Source: Acidobacteriota bacterium (GTDB taxonomy: Bacteria > Acidobacteriota > Thermoanaerobaculia > Gp7-AA8). Taken from it: a DNA stretch of 64,000 bases. Both the position numbers and the translations under genes were made by a program. Below, piece by piece: positions 7,760 through 17,422 of the stretch. How positions within the stretch are numbered: position 1 is the stretch's first letter; each line of letters begins with the position of its first letter. The stretch covers positions 38,264-102,263 of the forward strand of contig QHVT01000014.1 of assembly GCA_003223645.1 (NCBI GenBank). Direction: 5' to 3'. Under the pieces are notes generated by a model. That model was not told the origin of the DNA. It was given only the letters and a program-made list of their open reading frames with translations, and searched no databases.

Positions 7760-9463
7760 ATGGCCGAATTGCCCGGAATCGAGCGCGAGACCCTCGAGGT
7801 CGACGTCTGTATCGTCGGCGCGGGACCTGCCGGACTCGCGGCGGCGTACAAGCTCGCCGAGCTGATTCGCGCGCACAACGAATCAGGCGCCGAGCAAAAG
7901 TTGGAAGGCATCTCGATCGCGGTGCTCGAGAAGGGGAAAGAGATCGGCTCTCACGGAATCAGCGGCGCGGTGATGGATCCGCGCGGCATCTCCGAGCTGA
8001 TGCCGGACTGGATCGAGCGCGGATGTCCGGTCGAGTCGCCGGTCACGTCCGACGCGTTCTGGTTCATGACTGAGAAGTACAAACTCGCGGCGCCGGTTAT
8101 GCCGCCGCCGCTGCGCAATCACGGCAACTACGTCGTGTCGTTGGGCGAGCTCGTTCGCTGGCTCGCGCCGATCGTCGGCGAGATGGGCGTCGATCTGTTC
8201 CCCGAATTCGCAGCGACGCGCGTGCTCACTGACAACGGACGCGTGATCGGCGTGCGCACCGGTGACAAAGGCATCGACAAGCTGGGACAGCCGAAGGCGA
8301 ACTTCGAGCCGGGCGTCGACATCAAGGCGAAGATGACGATCCTCGCCGAAGGTCCGCGCGGCACGTTGTCGAAACAGCTCGCGGGTCTCTTCAATCTGTA
8401 CGAGGGAAAAAATCCGCAGGTCTATTCGCTCGGCGTAAAGGAGCTGTGGCAGCTTCCCGACGATCGCTATCCCGCCGGCACCGTGATTCACACGATGGGA
8501 TATCCGCTCGACATGGACACGTTCGGCGGCGCGTTCATCTACGGGATGAAGGACCGCATCGTCGACATCGGACTCGTCGTCGGTCTCGACTATCGCAACC
8601 CGACGCTCGATCCGCACGACGAGCTGCAGCGACTGAAGCTGCATCCCGACATCAAGAAGATCCTGCAGGGCGGCACGATGATCTCGGCGGGCGCGAAGGC
8701 GATCCCCGAGGGCGGCTACTACTCGATGCCGCGACTCTTCGGCGACGGTTTCATGATCCTCGGCGACAGCGGAGGATTCCTCAACGGCGCGCGCTTGAAG
8801 GGAATCCATCTCGCGTTCAAGTCCGGCATCCTCGCGGCGGAGACGGCGTTTCACGCGCTGCTCAGCGGCGACTCTTCCTCCGCGCAGCTGCAGGAGTACG
8901 ACGCGCTGTTCGAGGCGTCGTGGGCGCGCGAGGAGTTGTGGTCCCAGCGAAACTTCCATCAGCCGTTCGAGAACGGAGTGCTCGCGGGACTGTTCAACGC
9001 CGGCGCGGGAATCGTCACCGGCGGCCGCGGCTACGGTGTCGCGAACAAACTCGAAGGACACGCGGGACACGAGCGGATGGAGCGCATCAAGCGCTACTAC
9101 GCGTCCGACGATCCGCATCCGCCGGCGAAGGTGAAGTACGACGGCGCGTACACGTTCGACAAAGTGACGAACGTCTACAACGGCGGCGTGATTCACGAAG
9201 AGAACCAGCCCGCGCATCTGCTCATCCTCGACACCGAGGTGTGCATCACGCGGTGTACGGAGGAGTACGGAAATCCGTGCTTCCACTTCTGTCCCGCAAA
9301 CGTCTACGAGCCGCAACCGACCGCGGACGGCCGCGGCCGCGTCCCGTTCCTCAACTTCACGAACTGCTTCCACTGCAAGACCTGCGACATCATGGATCCG
9401 TATCAGGTGATCACGTGGGTCCCGCCCGAGGGCGGGGGCGGGCCGGAGTACAAAAAGCTTTAG
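7760..9463 (+). CDS. Electron-transfer flavoprotein:ubiquinone oxidoreductase (ETF-QO)
   Basis: VCIVGAGPAGLAAA is an FAD motif. C-terminal Cys cluster (CITRCTEEYGNPC...CFHCKTCDI). Ends WVPPEGGGGPEYKKL. Confidence 0.92.
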   Translation: MAELPGIERETLEVDVCIVGAGPAGLAAAYKLAELIRAHNESGAEQKLEGISIAVLEKGKEIGSHGISGAVMDPRGISELMPDWIERGCPVESPVTSDAFWFMTEKYKLAAPVMPPPLRNHGNYVVSLGELVRWLAPIVGEMGVDLFPEFAATRVLTDNGRVIGVRTGDKGIDKLGQPKANFEPGVDIKAKMTILAEGPRGTLSKQLAGLFNLYEGKNPQVYSLGVKELWQLPDDRYPAGTVIHTMGYPLDMDTFGGAFIYGMKDRIVDIGLVVGLDYRNPTLDPHDELQRLKLHPDIKKILQGGTMISAGAKAIPEGGYYSMPRLFGDGFMILGDSGGFLNGARLKGIHLAFKSGILAAETAFHALLSGDSSSAQLQEYDALFEASWAREELWSQRNFHQPFENGVLAGLFNAGAGIVTGGRGYGVANKLEGHAGHERMERIKRYYASDDPHPPAKVKYDGAYTFDKVTNVYNGGVIHEENQPAHLLILDTEVCITRCTEEYGNPCFHFCPANVYEPQPTADGRGRVPFLNFTNCFHCKTCDIMDPYQVITWVPPEGGGGPEYKKL

Positions 9464-9534
9464 GGTTACGCGGTTGCGCAGTCACGCGGTTGCGCGGTAA
9501 CGCCGCGCCGAGAGACTGCGTAACCGAGCAACCG
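9464..9534. repeat. Word-built hairpin, GCGGTTGCGC/GCGGTTACGC family, copy a
   Basis: GGTTACGCGGTTGCGCAGTCACGCGGTTGCGCGGTAACG...CTGCGTAACCGAGCAACCG. Starts 1 nt after the ETF-QO stop. Confidence 0.8.
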
Positions 9535-9592
9535 AAATGGCCCGGGCACGCTTTTCGTTACCTCGACGACAGCCCGGTCGTAGAAGAAAGCA

Positions 9593-10555
9593 ATGAGCAC
9601 GGAACCGATCAGCACGCCGCGGTCGCTGGAGCGCATTTCAGAACTGCAGGCGAATGTCGAGAAAGTCATTCGCGGCAAGTCGGAGGTCGTGCAGTTTTGC
9701 ATCGCGGCGCTTCTCGCGCGCGGGCACATCCTGCTCGAGGACGTACCCGGCGTCGGCAAGACGACGCTCGCGCATGCGCTGGCGCGCTCGCTGGCGCTCT
9801 CGTTTCAGCGCATCCAGTTCACGAGCGATCTGCTTCCCGCCGACATCCTCGGCGTCTCCGTCTTCAATCAGGACGCGCAGGAGTTCGAGTTCATCTCCGG
9901 TCCGATCTTCACGAACGTGCTGCTCGCGGACGAGATCAATCGCGCGACGCCGAAGTCGCAGTCGGCGCTTCTGGAAGCGATGAGCGAGGGCATCATCACG
10001 ATCGAGAAGCGGCGGTTGCCGCTGCCCGATCCGTTCCTCGTGATCGCGACGCAGAACCCGATCGAGCACGTCGGAACGTATCCGCTGCCGGAGTCGCAGC
10101 TCGATCGATTTCTCATGAAGCTGACGATCGGCTATCCGAACGCGGGCGACGAGAAGAAACTGCTGCGCGCCGGCGGAGCGCAGGATGCGCTCGAGCATCT
10201 CCAGCCCGTCCTCGACGCGGACGAATTGCGCGAGCTGCAAGCGCGCGTGAACGACGTGCACGTGAGCGAGTCGCTGGTCGAGTACCTCATGACGATCGTG
10301 CAGACGACGCGCACGCATGCGGAGGCGGCGCTCGGCGTTTCGACGCGCGGCGCGCTGACGTACTTCAAAGCGAGTCAGGCATTGGCGATGGTCAACGGCC
10401 GCGACTTCGTCATCCCCGAAGACATCAAGCGCCTCGCCGTCCCCGTGCTGTCGCATCGCATCCTGATGAAGGATCGGCGCATGGCGAGGGGAGAGTCGGC
10501 GCCGGAGGCGCGGTTCGTTGCGCGGATCGTGAACGAGACCGCGGTTCCGAGATGA
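9593..10555 (+). CDS. MoxR-family AAA+ ATPase
   Basis: Walker A EDVPGVGKTT and Walker B LLADEINRA. 320 aa. Confidence 0.92.
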   Translation: MSTEPISTPRSLERISELQANVEKVIRGKSEVVQFCIAALLARGHILLEDVPGVGKTTLAHALARSLALSFQRIQFTSDLLPADILGVSVFNQDAQEFEFISGPIFTNVLLADEINRATPKSQSALLEAMSEGIITIEKRRLPLPDPFLVIATQNPIEHVGTYPLPESQLDRFLMKLTIGYPNAGDEKKLLRAGGAQDALEHLQPVLDADELRELQARVNDVHVSESLVEYLMTIVQTTRTHAEAALGVSTRGALTYFKASQALAMVNGRDFVIPEDIKRLAVPVLSHRILMKDRRMARGESAPEARFVARIVNETAVPR

Positions 10556-10640
10556 GGTGCTGGGTGCTGGGTGCTGAGTGCTGCGTCAGCCGAGGCTGCC
10601 GATGACCACGCAGCACGCAGCACTCAGCACGCAGCACTCC
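10556..10640. repeat. Word-built hairpin, GGTGCTGAG family, copy a
   Basis: GGTGCTGGGTGCTGGGTGCTGAGTGCTGCG...CGCAGCACGCAGCACTCAGCACGCAGCACTCC. The right arm encodes the first residues of the DUF58 ORF. Confidence 0.8.
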
Positions 10641-11669
10641 TTCGAGTTCAATGGCGTCGTCCGCCTCACCAAAGTCGGCACGACCTACATCCTGGGCACG
10701 ATCGTGCTCGCGATCGCTGCGCTGAACACCGGCAACAACGCCATCTACATCGGCGTCGCCTTCATGCTCGGATGTCTGCTGCTCTCCGGCATCGCGTCGA
10801 AGGGCGGACTCAAACATCTGCACGTCGAAGTCGGCGCGATCGAGGAGGCGTGGGCGGGGAAGCCCGCGGATGGAACGCTGCGCGTGCGCAACGCGTCGCG
10901 CATTTGGAACGTGCGCGACGTCGTCTTCGTCTCCGGCGATCTCGCGGCGCCCGTCATCGTTCCATTGCTGCCGCGGCGCAAAGAGATCGTGATCCCGGTG
11001 CAGTTTCTGTTTCAGCGCCGCGGCATCGCGGAGCTGACGCAGCTCGACTCGTACACGCGCTATCCGTTCGGCTTCTTCCTGAAAAAACGGCGGCTGCGCG
11101 TGCACAGCGAGGTCGTCGTCTATCCGCGCATCCAGCCGGAGAGCGCGGTGCGCGAGCGCTTCCGCACGATCAGCGGCGGCGAGACGAGCGAGCCGCGGCC
11201 GGGCGAGGGGACGGAGATCCATTCGTTCCGCGAGTACACGCGCGGTGACTCGCTGCGCCGTGTCCACTGGAAAAAGTCCGCATCCCTCGGACGCTGGATC
11301 ATGAAGCAGAACGAAGCCGAAGGCGCGCACGCGATCCAGGTGGCGGTCGATCCGTACAAGCCGCGCAACGTGTCGGACGACGATTTCGAAGAGATGATCA
11401 GCGACGCCGCGACGTTCATCTTCGACGCGACGGAACGCGGCTTCGACGTCACGCTGTCGCTGCCGCGCGCCGACGTCCGCTCGCGCGAAGGACAGTTCCG
11501 CGCGCTCGCGCTCGTCGACGCGATCCACGAGCCGGTCGAGCTGATCGTCGATCGCGACGCGGTTTATTTCTCCGTCTCCGGTGGAGCGGCGACCGCTTCG
11601 GCCGCCGGTTTTTCGCGCAAACCGGCGCCCGAAGCGGGCGCCGCTCCACTCGATCAGAGGGCGTCATGA
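10578..11669 (+). CDS. DUF58 domain protein (MoxR-operon partner)
   Basis: Two N-terminal TM segments and FREYTRGDSLRRVHWKKSA, the DUF58 signature. Start is ATG 10578 or 10602, and both lie inside the hairpin. The C-terminal tail is encoded by an R1 element. Confidence 0.85.
   Translation: MLRQPRLPMTTQHAALSTQHSFEFNGVVRLTKVGTTYILGTIVLAIAALNTGNNAIYIGVAFMLGCLLLSGIASKGGLKHLHVEVGAIEEAWAGKPADGTLRVRNASRIWNVRDVVFVSGDLAAPVIVPLLPRRKEIVIPVQFLFQRRGIAELTQLDSYTRYPFGFFLKKRRLRVHSEVVVYPRIQPESAVRERFRTISGGETSEPRPGEGTEIHSFREYTRGDSLRRVHWKKSASLGRWIMKQNEAEGAHAIQVAVDPYKPRNVSDDDFEEMISDAATFIFDATERGFDVTLSLPRADVRSREGQFRALALVDAIHEPVELIVDRDAVYFSVSGGAATASAAGFSRKPAPEAGAAPLDQRAS
11580..11650. repeat. R1 palindromic element, copy b (inside the DUF58 CDS tail)
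   Basis: GGTGGAGCGGCGACCGCTTCGGCCGCCGG...CCGGCGCCCGAAGCGGGCGCCGCTCCACT, translated as SGGAATASAAGFSRKPAPEAGAAPL. Confidence 0.85.
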
Positions 11670-13615
11670 CGCGAAGAGCGCGTGAGATCGAGACGCTGCT
11701 GCTGGCGATGTTCGCCGCAGTGCCGCTCTATTTCACCGCGGTGATCGGCAAGACCTCGCTGATGCTGTTTCACGGCGCGATGCTGCTCATCCTGCTGCGC
11801 GTTATCGCCGGCTGGACGCCGGAGCTCCTGCCCGCGCGCGTCATGCGCTGGCTGGCCATCGCCTACCTGCCGTTCTACTTCTACGACTGGCGCGGGATCT
11901 CGTACAGCGCGATCGCGGCGTCGACGCATCTCGTGCTCTTCATCGCCGTTTACCAGCCGATCGAGGCGATGCAGCGCAACAATCACGCGCAGCGGATTCT
12001 CACCGCGGGACTGATCTTCGTCGCCAGCATCGCGACGTCGACGCACATCACGATCGTCGCGTTCGTGATCGCGTTCGCATTCTTCGTCTTCCGCCAGCTG
12101 ATGCACGTGAGTCATCTCGAGACCGTGCAGTCGGTCGGACGCGAGTACACCGAGGCGCCGCTCGGAAGGTCGGCATTTTTCTATGTCGCCGGAACGGTGC
12201 TCATCGGCGCGCTGCTGTTCCCCTTTCTGCCGCGCGTGCGCAATCCGTTCGTGCAGGGATTCGCGGGCGAGCTCTCGAGCTCGACGACGGGTCTGTCAGA
12301 CACGATCGATTTTCGCGAGCCGCGCGTGTCGCCAGCCGACGCGACGATCGTCGCGCGCGTCTGGATGAATTACTCGACGCGGCCGTTCTTCATGCCGATG
12401 CGTTTGCGCGGCAACATCTACGACGCCTACGTCGACGGCGCGTGGCGCTCGCGTCCGCGCGGACTGCGCCCGCTGCCGCTGCGCGAAGACGGCTATCACC
12501 TCGCGCAACCCGCCGGCGTGCAGGGCGGCGCGCTACTCCAGATGCGCACCGAGCAGGGGAAGGTGTATCTGCCGAGCGGCGTGTATCGCGTGCGCGGCAT
12601 GGGCACGTTGTACGAGGGACCGGCGCGCGACATGTACTACGCGTACGCGCGCGGACTCGTGACTGCCGACGTGCGGATGGCGATGGACGCGGAGCCGCTG
12701 CGGCTCACGCATGTTTTGACGGCCAACTATCCGGTCACGCCGCCGATCGCGGCGCTGGCGCGGCAGATCGTCGGCAACGAAACGCGTCCTGAAAAACAGG
12801 CCGCGCTGATCGAGCAGTGGATGGTGCGCAATTTCCGCTACGTGCCGAATCCGCAGACGCCGCCGGCGATGCCGATCGAGCGCTTCCTGTTGCGCGATCG
12901 CATCGGACACTGCGAATACTTCGCGGCCGGAATGGTCGTGCTGCTCACCGCACTCGACGTGCCGGCGCGCATCGCCGGCGGATATTACGGCGGACGATTC
13001 AATCCGCTGATGGGCTACTTCACGATCCGCCGCGACGACGCGCACGCGTGGACGGAAGTGTGGGACGGCAAGCGCTGGCGCACGTTCGACTCCACGCCGC
13101 CGTCGCTGCGCCCGGGCGCGGACAGCGGCGGGTTGCTCGGCGACTACGCCGCCGCCCTCGGCGACTCGGTCAATTATTTCTGGGACCGCTACATCCTCAC
13201 GTTCGGCCTCGCCGACCAGATCACGTTCTTCTCCGATCTCTTCGACGCCACGCGCGTCGCGATCGCGAATTTGCGAGCCGGCGCGATTCACCGCGTGCGC
13301 GATCTCTCCGACCGCACGTTCGCGACGCTGTCCGGAATCCTCGCCGCGATCGCACTCGTCGTGTGGTTGTTCATGCGCCGGCGCCGCACGACGTTCGACC
13401 TCCTGGCCGCGCACCTGAAAGTGCACGGCATCGAAGTCGGATCGTCGATGACGGTCGAAGACGCGCTGCGCGAGTTGCACGCGCGCGATGAAGACTTTGC
13501 GATCGAGATCGAGCCGATCGTCGCGCTCTACGAAGAGATCGCGTTCTCGCCGCGCGGCGATCGCGAGCGCAAGCGACAGCTGCGGCGGATGCTGATGTCA
13601 GCGGACAGTGGGTAG
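11666..13615 (+). CDS. Transglutaminase-like membrane protein (DUF3488 + transglutaminase core)
   Basis: N-terminal polytopic region. [14 protein letters not shown] (catalytic Cys) ... DAHAWTEVW (His). ATGA overlap with the DUF58 stop. Confidence 0.88.
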   Translation: MTRRAREIETLLLAMFAAVPLYFTAVIGKTSLMLFHGAMLLILLRVIAGWTPELLPARVMRWLAIAYLPFYFYDWRGISYSAIAASTHLVLFIAVYQPIEAMQRNNHAQRILTAGLIFVASIATSTHITIVAFVIAFAFFVFRQLMHVSHLETVQSVGREYTEAPLGRSAFFYVAGTVLIGALLFPFLPRVRNPFVQGFAGELSSSTTGLSDTIDFREPRVSPADATIVARVWMNYSTRPFFMPMRLRGNIYDAYVDGAWRSRPRGLRPLPLREDGYHLAQPAGVQGGALLQMRTEQGKVYLPSGVYRVRGMGTLYEGPARDMYYAYARGLVTADVRMAMDAEPLRLTHVLTANYPVTPPIAALARQIVGNETRPEKQAALIEQWMVRNFRYVPNPQTPPAMPIERFLLRDRIGHCEYFAAGMVVLLTALDVPARIAGGYYGGRFNPLMGYFTIRRDDAHAWTEVWDGKRWRTFDSTPPSLRPGADSGGLLGDYAAALGDSVNYFWDRYILTFGLADQITFFSDLFDATRVAIANLRAGAIHRVRDLSDRTFATLSGILAAIALVVWLFMRRRRTTFDLLAAHLKVHGIEVGSSMTVEDALRELHARDEDFAIEIEPIVALYEEIAFSPRGDRERKRQLRRMLMSADSG

Positions 13616-14344
13616 TCGCCGCGGCGCGCGCATCAGCGCCGCCATTTCCCGCACGGCTGCATCCAATCCCACGAGCGCCGCGCGCGAGATGATCGAGTGT
13701 CCGATGTTCAGCTCCTCGATCTCCGGCACCGTCGCGATCGCGTCGATGTTGCGATAGGTGAGTCCGTGTCCCGCGAGAACGACGATGCCGAGCTTCTTCG
13801 CCGCACGCGCGGCGGTTGCGATCTTCTCCAGCTCCGCGGGCCAGTTGCCGCTCTTGCCGCTCTTCCAGGCGTCGGCGAATTTGCCGGTGTTGATCTCGAT
13901 CTTCGGCGCGCGCAGCTTGTGGCAGTGGCGGATCTGCTCGAGATCGGGATCGACGAAGATCGAGACGTCGATGCGCGCGTCGAGCAGCTGCCCGACCACC
14001 TTCTCGACGTTTCCCGAATGCAGCACGACATCGAGTCCGCCTTCGGTCGTGACCTCGTCTTTTCGCTCCGGCACGAGCGTCACCTGATCGGGCTTCACCG
14101 TCTGCGCGATGCGCACCATCTCCGTCGTGCCGGCCATCTCGATGTTGAGATGCGTCGTCACTGTTCTGCGCAACAGCTCGACGTCGCGGTCCTGGATGTG
14201 CCGCCGGTCGCCGCGCAGATGCACGGTGATTCCCTGCGCGCCTGCCAGCTCGCAAATCACGGCCGCTGCGACCGGATCCGGCTCGTCGGTCTTCCGCGCC
14301 TCGCGGATGGTGGCGATGTGATCGATATTCACTGCTAATCTCAT
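13598..14344 (-). CDS. pdxJ: Pyridoxine 5'-phosphate synthase
   Basis: [17 protein letters not shown], 248 aa, typical PdxJ. Confidence 0.93.
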   Translation of the reverse strand: MRLAVNIDHIATIREARKTDEPDPVAAAVICELAGAQGITVHLRGDRRHIQDRDVELLRRTVTTHLNIEMAGTTEMVRIAQTVKPDQVTLVPERKDEVTTEGGLDVVLHSGNVEKVVGQLLDARIDVSIFVDPDLEQIRHCHKLRAPKIEINTGKFADAWKSGKSGNWPAELEKIATAARAAKKLGIVVLAGHGLTYRNIDAIATVPEIEELNIGHSIISRAALVGLDAAVREMAALMRAPRRLPTVR

Positions 14345-14356
14345 AGTTCCTCTCGT

Positions 14357-14420
14357 GTGGAGCGGCGGCCGCCCTCGGCCGCCGAATCGTTCCGGCGCCC
14401 GAGGGCGGGCGCCGCTCCAC
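14357..14420. repeat. R1 palindromic element, copy c
   Basis: GTGGAGCGGCGGCCGCCCTCGGCCGCCGAATCGTTCCGGCGCCCGAGGGCGGGCGCCGCTCCAC. Lies between the pdxJ start and the next gene. Confidence 0.85.
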
Positions 14421-14442
14421 TGGATTGCGTTAACTTAGCAGC

Positions 14443-15216
14443 ATGGCTCCGCGTCACATTCGCAATGTCATAGTCGCCGCGGTTTTGGTGCTCGCGGCGG
14501 GCGCGTTTGTCGTCTTCGGACGCGGCCTCTGGTACCCGCTGCTCCTGCAAATCACCGGCGGCACGCCGTCCGTCGCCGGCGTTGTCGTGCGCTACGGTCC
14601 CGCGGCGCGCGCTCGACTCAAACCGCATTTCACACAAGTGGGCGTTGCGTATCCGCCGAAGAAGATCGCGCTGCTCGTGTTCAAGCGTGAGCGCCGCGTT
14701 TCACTCTGGGCCGACGGAAAATTCGTTCGTGCGTATCCGATTCTCGCCGCGAGCGGACACGCGGGACCGAAGCTGCGCCAAGGCGACTATCAAGTTCCGG
14801 AAGGTTTGTATCGCATCGAGTTTCTGAATCCGGCGAGCAGCTATCACTTGTCGATGAAGGTGAATTATCCGAATGCCTTCGATCAGCGCATGGCCGCGCG
14901 CGATCACCGCACGAACCTCGGCGGCGACATCTTCATCCACGGCAAGAACGTCTCGATCGGCTGCGTCGCCCTCGGCGATCCGGCAATCGAAGAGCTGTTC
15001 ACGCTCGCGGCGGACGCGGGCCATCAGCGCATCCGCGTCATCATCGCGCCGAACGATCTCCGCACCGGCGGCGCGATCTTCGACGAGACCGCGCCGCAGT
15101 GGGTCGGCGAGTTGTACCGCATGATCGGCGCCGCGCTGGCGGAGTTCCCGGTGTGGATGGAATCGAACAGCGCGATGGACGTGAGCGGACGATTCAAGAC
15201 GAAGGCGTTTCGTTAG
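14443..15216 (+). CDS. L,D-transpeptidase (YkuD) family protein
   Basis: N-terminal TM/signal anchor. IFIHGKNVSIGCVALGD resembles the YkuD HG...GC catalytic motif. Confidence 0.75.
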   Translation: MAPRHIRNVIVAAVLVLAAGAFVVFGRGLWYPLLLQITGGTPSVAGVVVRYGPAARARLKPHFTQVGVAYPPKKIALLVFKRERRVSLWADGKFVRAYPILAASGHAGPKLRQGDYQVPEGLYRIEFLNPASSYHLSMKVNYPNAFDQRMAARDHRTNLGGDIFIHGKNVSIGCVALGDPAIEELFTLAADAGHQRIRVIIAPNDLRTGGAIFDETAPQWVGELYRMIGAALAEFPVWMESNSAMDVSGRFKTKAFR

Positions 15217-15333
15217 TTCGAGAATGGCCAGCCGGTGCCAGATCTCGGCGGACGGGTGCACGGAAGCCGCCTACACCTCCACGAGCGTTTCGTCGCAGCT
15301 GTTCGTCGTGCGCGGCATTCGTTAGCGGGCGCT

Positions 15334-15421
15334 GTCATCCCGAGCGTAGCGAGGGACCTGGGTGGGTGGCGCGCGATCGATGCCCCTCCCGCCCAGGTTC
15401 CTCGCTCACGCTCGGAATGGC
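15334..15421. repeat. R2 palindromic element (GTCATCCCGAGCG..GCGAGGGACCTGG...CCAGGTCCCTCGCTCACGCTCGGGATGAC), copy a
   Basis: GTCATCCCGAGCGTAGCGAGGGACCTGGGTGGG...CCCGCCCAGGTTCCTCGCTCACGCTCGGAATGGC. Confidence 0.85.
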
Positions 15422-15454
15422 ATGCCTCGCCTGTATCGTTGACTGCGACCGGCA

Positions 15455-17422
15455 ATGCTCTATCGTTTCGACAACATCGAGAAAAGTTACGGCCCGCACG
15501 ACGTCCTCAAGGGCGTGACGTGGCAGCAGAATCCCGGCGAGCACGTCGGCCTCGTCGGCCGCAACGGCGCGGGGAAGACGACACTCTTTCGTTTGCTGCT
15601 CAAGCAGGAAGAGCCCGATCACGGCACGATCCTTCGCGCGAATGGATTGACGATCGGTCACGTCGGACAGCACCTCAACGCCGAGCCGGGGATGTCGCTC
15701 TTCGATTTCGTCGAGACCGCATTCGATGAGGTGTTGCGGATTGAACGGAAGATGCGCGCGATCGAGCACGATCTCGCCGATGCATCGCGTCCCGATCACG
15801 AGCGAATGCTCGAGAAGTATGCGGAGCTCCAGCACGACTACGAGCACGCCGACGGATACACGCTGCATGCGGAAGTGGAGCGCGTGCTGACCGGCGTCGG
15901 GTTCGCCGACAAAACGGAGTGGGATCGCGACATTCAGCAGTTTTCCGGCGGACAGCAGAACCGCGCGATGCTCGCGCGCGTGCTGCTGACGCGCGTCGAT
16001 CTCCTGCTCCTCGACGAGCCGACGAATCATCTCGATCTCAAAGGGATCGAGTTTCTCGAAGAGTTTCTGCAGGAGTTCAAGGGCAGCTACCTCCTGATCT
16101 CGCACGACCGCACGTTTCTCAATCGCACGGTCGCGAAGATCGTCGAGCTCGCGCACGGAAAGCTCGTCGAGTATCACGGCAACTACGAGAAGTTTCTCCA
16201 GCTCCGCGCCGAGCGGATGGAGAAGATGGCCAAGGACTACGAGCGGCAGCAGGAGTACATCGCCGAGACGCAGGACTTCATCCGCCGCAACCTGGCCGGA
16301 CAGAAAACGAAGCAGGCGAAGTCGCGCCGCAAGATGCTCGACAAGCTCGATGAGCTGGAGCGTCCGGAAGCGGACGAGACGCTCGCGAAGTTCAACCTCG
16401 ACGGCGGCGCGCGCTCGGGTGCGGTCGCGCTCACGATCGATCGAGTGACCGCCGGTTGGGTAAGCGATCGCCCTGTCGTGAACAACTTCACGTTGCAGGT
16501 CCGCCGCGGCGAGCGCTACGCGATCATGGGGCCGAACGGCTCCGGCAAGTCGACGCTGCTCAAGACACTCGCACAGCGCATCCCGCCGCTCGCCGGCACG
16601 ATCGCGCCCGGCCACAACGTGCGCGTCGGCTACTACGACCAGACCCTCGGCGACCTGAAACCGGCCGGCCGCGTGATCGACGAAGTCTGGGACCTCGATC
16701 ATTCGCAAACCGAGGAAGAAGTGCGGTCGTATCTGGCGCGGTTCTCGTTCTTCGACGACGACGTGTTCAAGAAAACGCGCGACCTGTCGGGTGGCGAGAA
16801 GGGACGGCTCGCCCTTGCGAAGATCATGTACGTCGGCGGCAACGTGATGCTGCTCGACGAGCCGACGAACCACCTCGACGTTTACACGCGCGAAGCGCTC
16901 GAAGAAGCGCTCGAGAATTTCACCGGCGCGCTGATCGTCGTCTCCCACGACCGCTACTTCATCGACCGCGTCGCCGAGAACATCATCCTCGTCGAGGATG
17001 GACACGCCGAGGTGTACACCGGCAACTACTCCGAGCTCGTGGAGAAATTCAAAGAGGGGACGGCTGCGCCGCAGAAAGTCGACGTGGTGGAGGACAGGCG
17101 ATCTCGCGCGTCCGGACAGGCAGGATTGCCTGTCCTCCACGCTGAATCGAGATCCGATCGCACCGAACAAAAGAAGCGCGACAAGCGCATCAAGAAGATC
17201 GACGAAGAGATCGCGCTCCTCGAGTCGCGCATCTCCTCGGCGGAAGGTGAGCGCGAGCGCAACGACCTCCTGCTGTGCGCGGAAGAAGTCTTCCGCGACG
17301 GCGAGCGCGTGAAGAAAATTCACCAGCAGAACAGCGATCTCAAGGCGATGATCGAGCTGCTGTACGGGAAGTGGGAAGCGCTGGCGAAGGAGAAAGAAGA
17401 ATTGGAAAGCGCGGTGGTATGA
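15455..17422 (+). CDS. ABC-F family ATPase (two ABC cassettes, no TM domain)
   Basis: GRNGAGKTT and GPNGSGKST Walker A motifs. LSGGQQNR and LSGGEKGR signatures. C-terminal coiled coil. Carries an in-frame R3 element. Confidence 0.92.
   Translation: MLYRFDNIEKSYGPHDVLKGVTWQQNPGEHVGLVGRNGAGKTTLFRLLLKQEEPDHGTILRANGLTIGHVGQHLNAEPGMSLFDFVETAFDEVLRIERKMRAIEHDLADASRPDHERMLEKYAELQHDYEHADGYTLHAEVERVLTGVGFADKTEWDRDIQQFSGGQQNRAMLARVLLTRVDLLLLDEPTNHLDLKGIEFLEEFLQEFKGSYLLISHDRTFLNRTVAKIVELAHGKLVEYHGNYEKFLQLRAERMEKMAKDYERQQEYIAETQDFIRRNLAGQKTKQAKSRRKMLDKLDELERPEADETLAKFNLDGGARSGAVALTIDRVTAGWVSDRPVVNNFTLQVRRGERYAIMGPNGSGKSTLLKTLAQRIPPLAGTIAPGHNVRVGYYDQTLGDLKPAGRVIDEVWDLDHSQTEEEVRSYLARFSFFDDDVFKKTRDLSGGEKGRLALAKIMYVGGNVMLLDEPTNHLDVYTREALEEALENFTGALIVVSHDRYFIDRVAENIILVEDGHAEVYTGNYSELVEKFKEGTAAPQKVDVVEDRRSRASGQAGLPVLHAESRSDRTEQKKRDKRIKKIDEEIALLESRISSAEGERERNDLLLCAEEVFRDGERVKKIHQQNSDLKAMIELLYGKWEALAKEKEELESAVV
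17087..17140. repeat. R3 palindromic element (GGAGGACAGGCAATCCTGCCTGTCC|GGACAGGCAGGATTGCCTGTCCTCC), copy a, in frame in the ABC-F CDS
   Basis: GTGGAGGACAGGCGATCTCGCGCGTCCGGACAGGCAGGATTGCCTGTCCTCCAC, translated as VEDRRSRASGQAGLPVLH. The left arm is degenerate. Confidence 0.8.
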
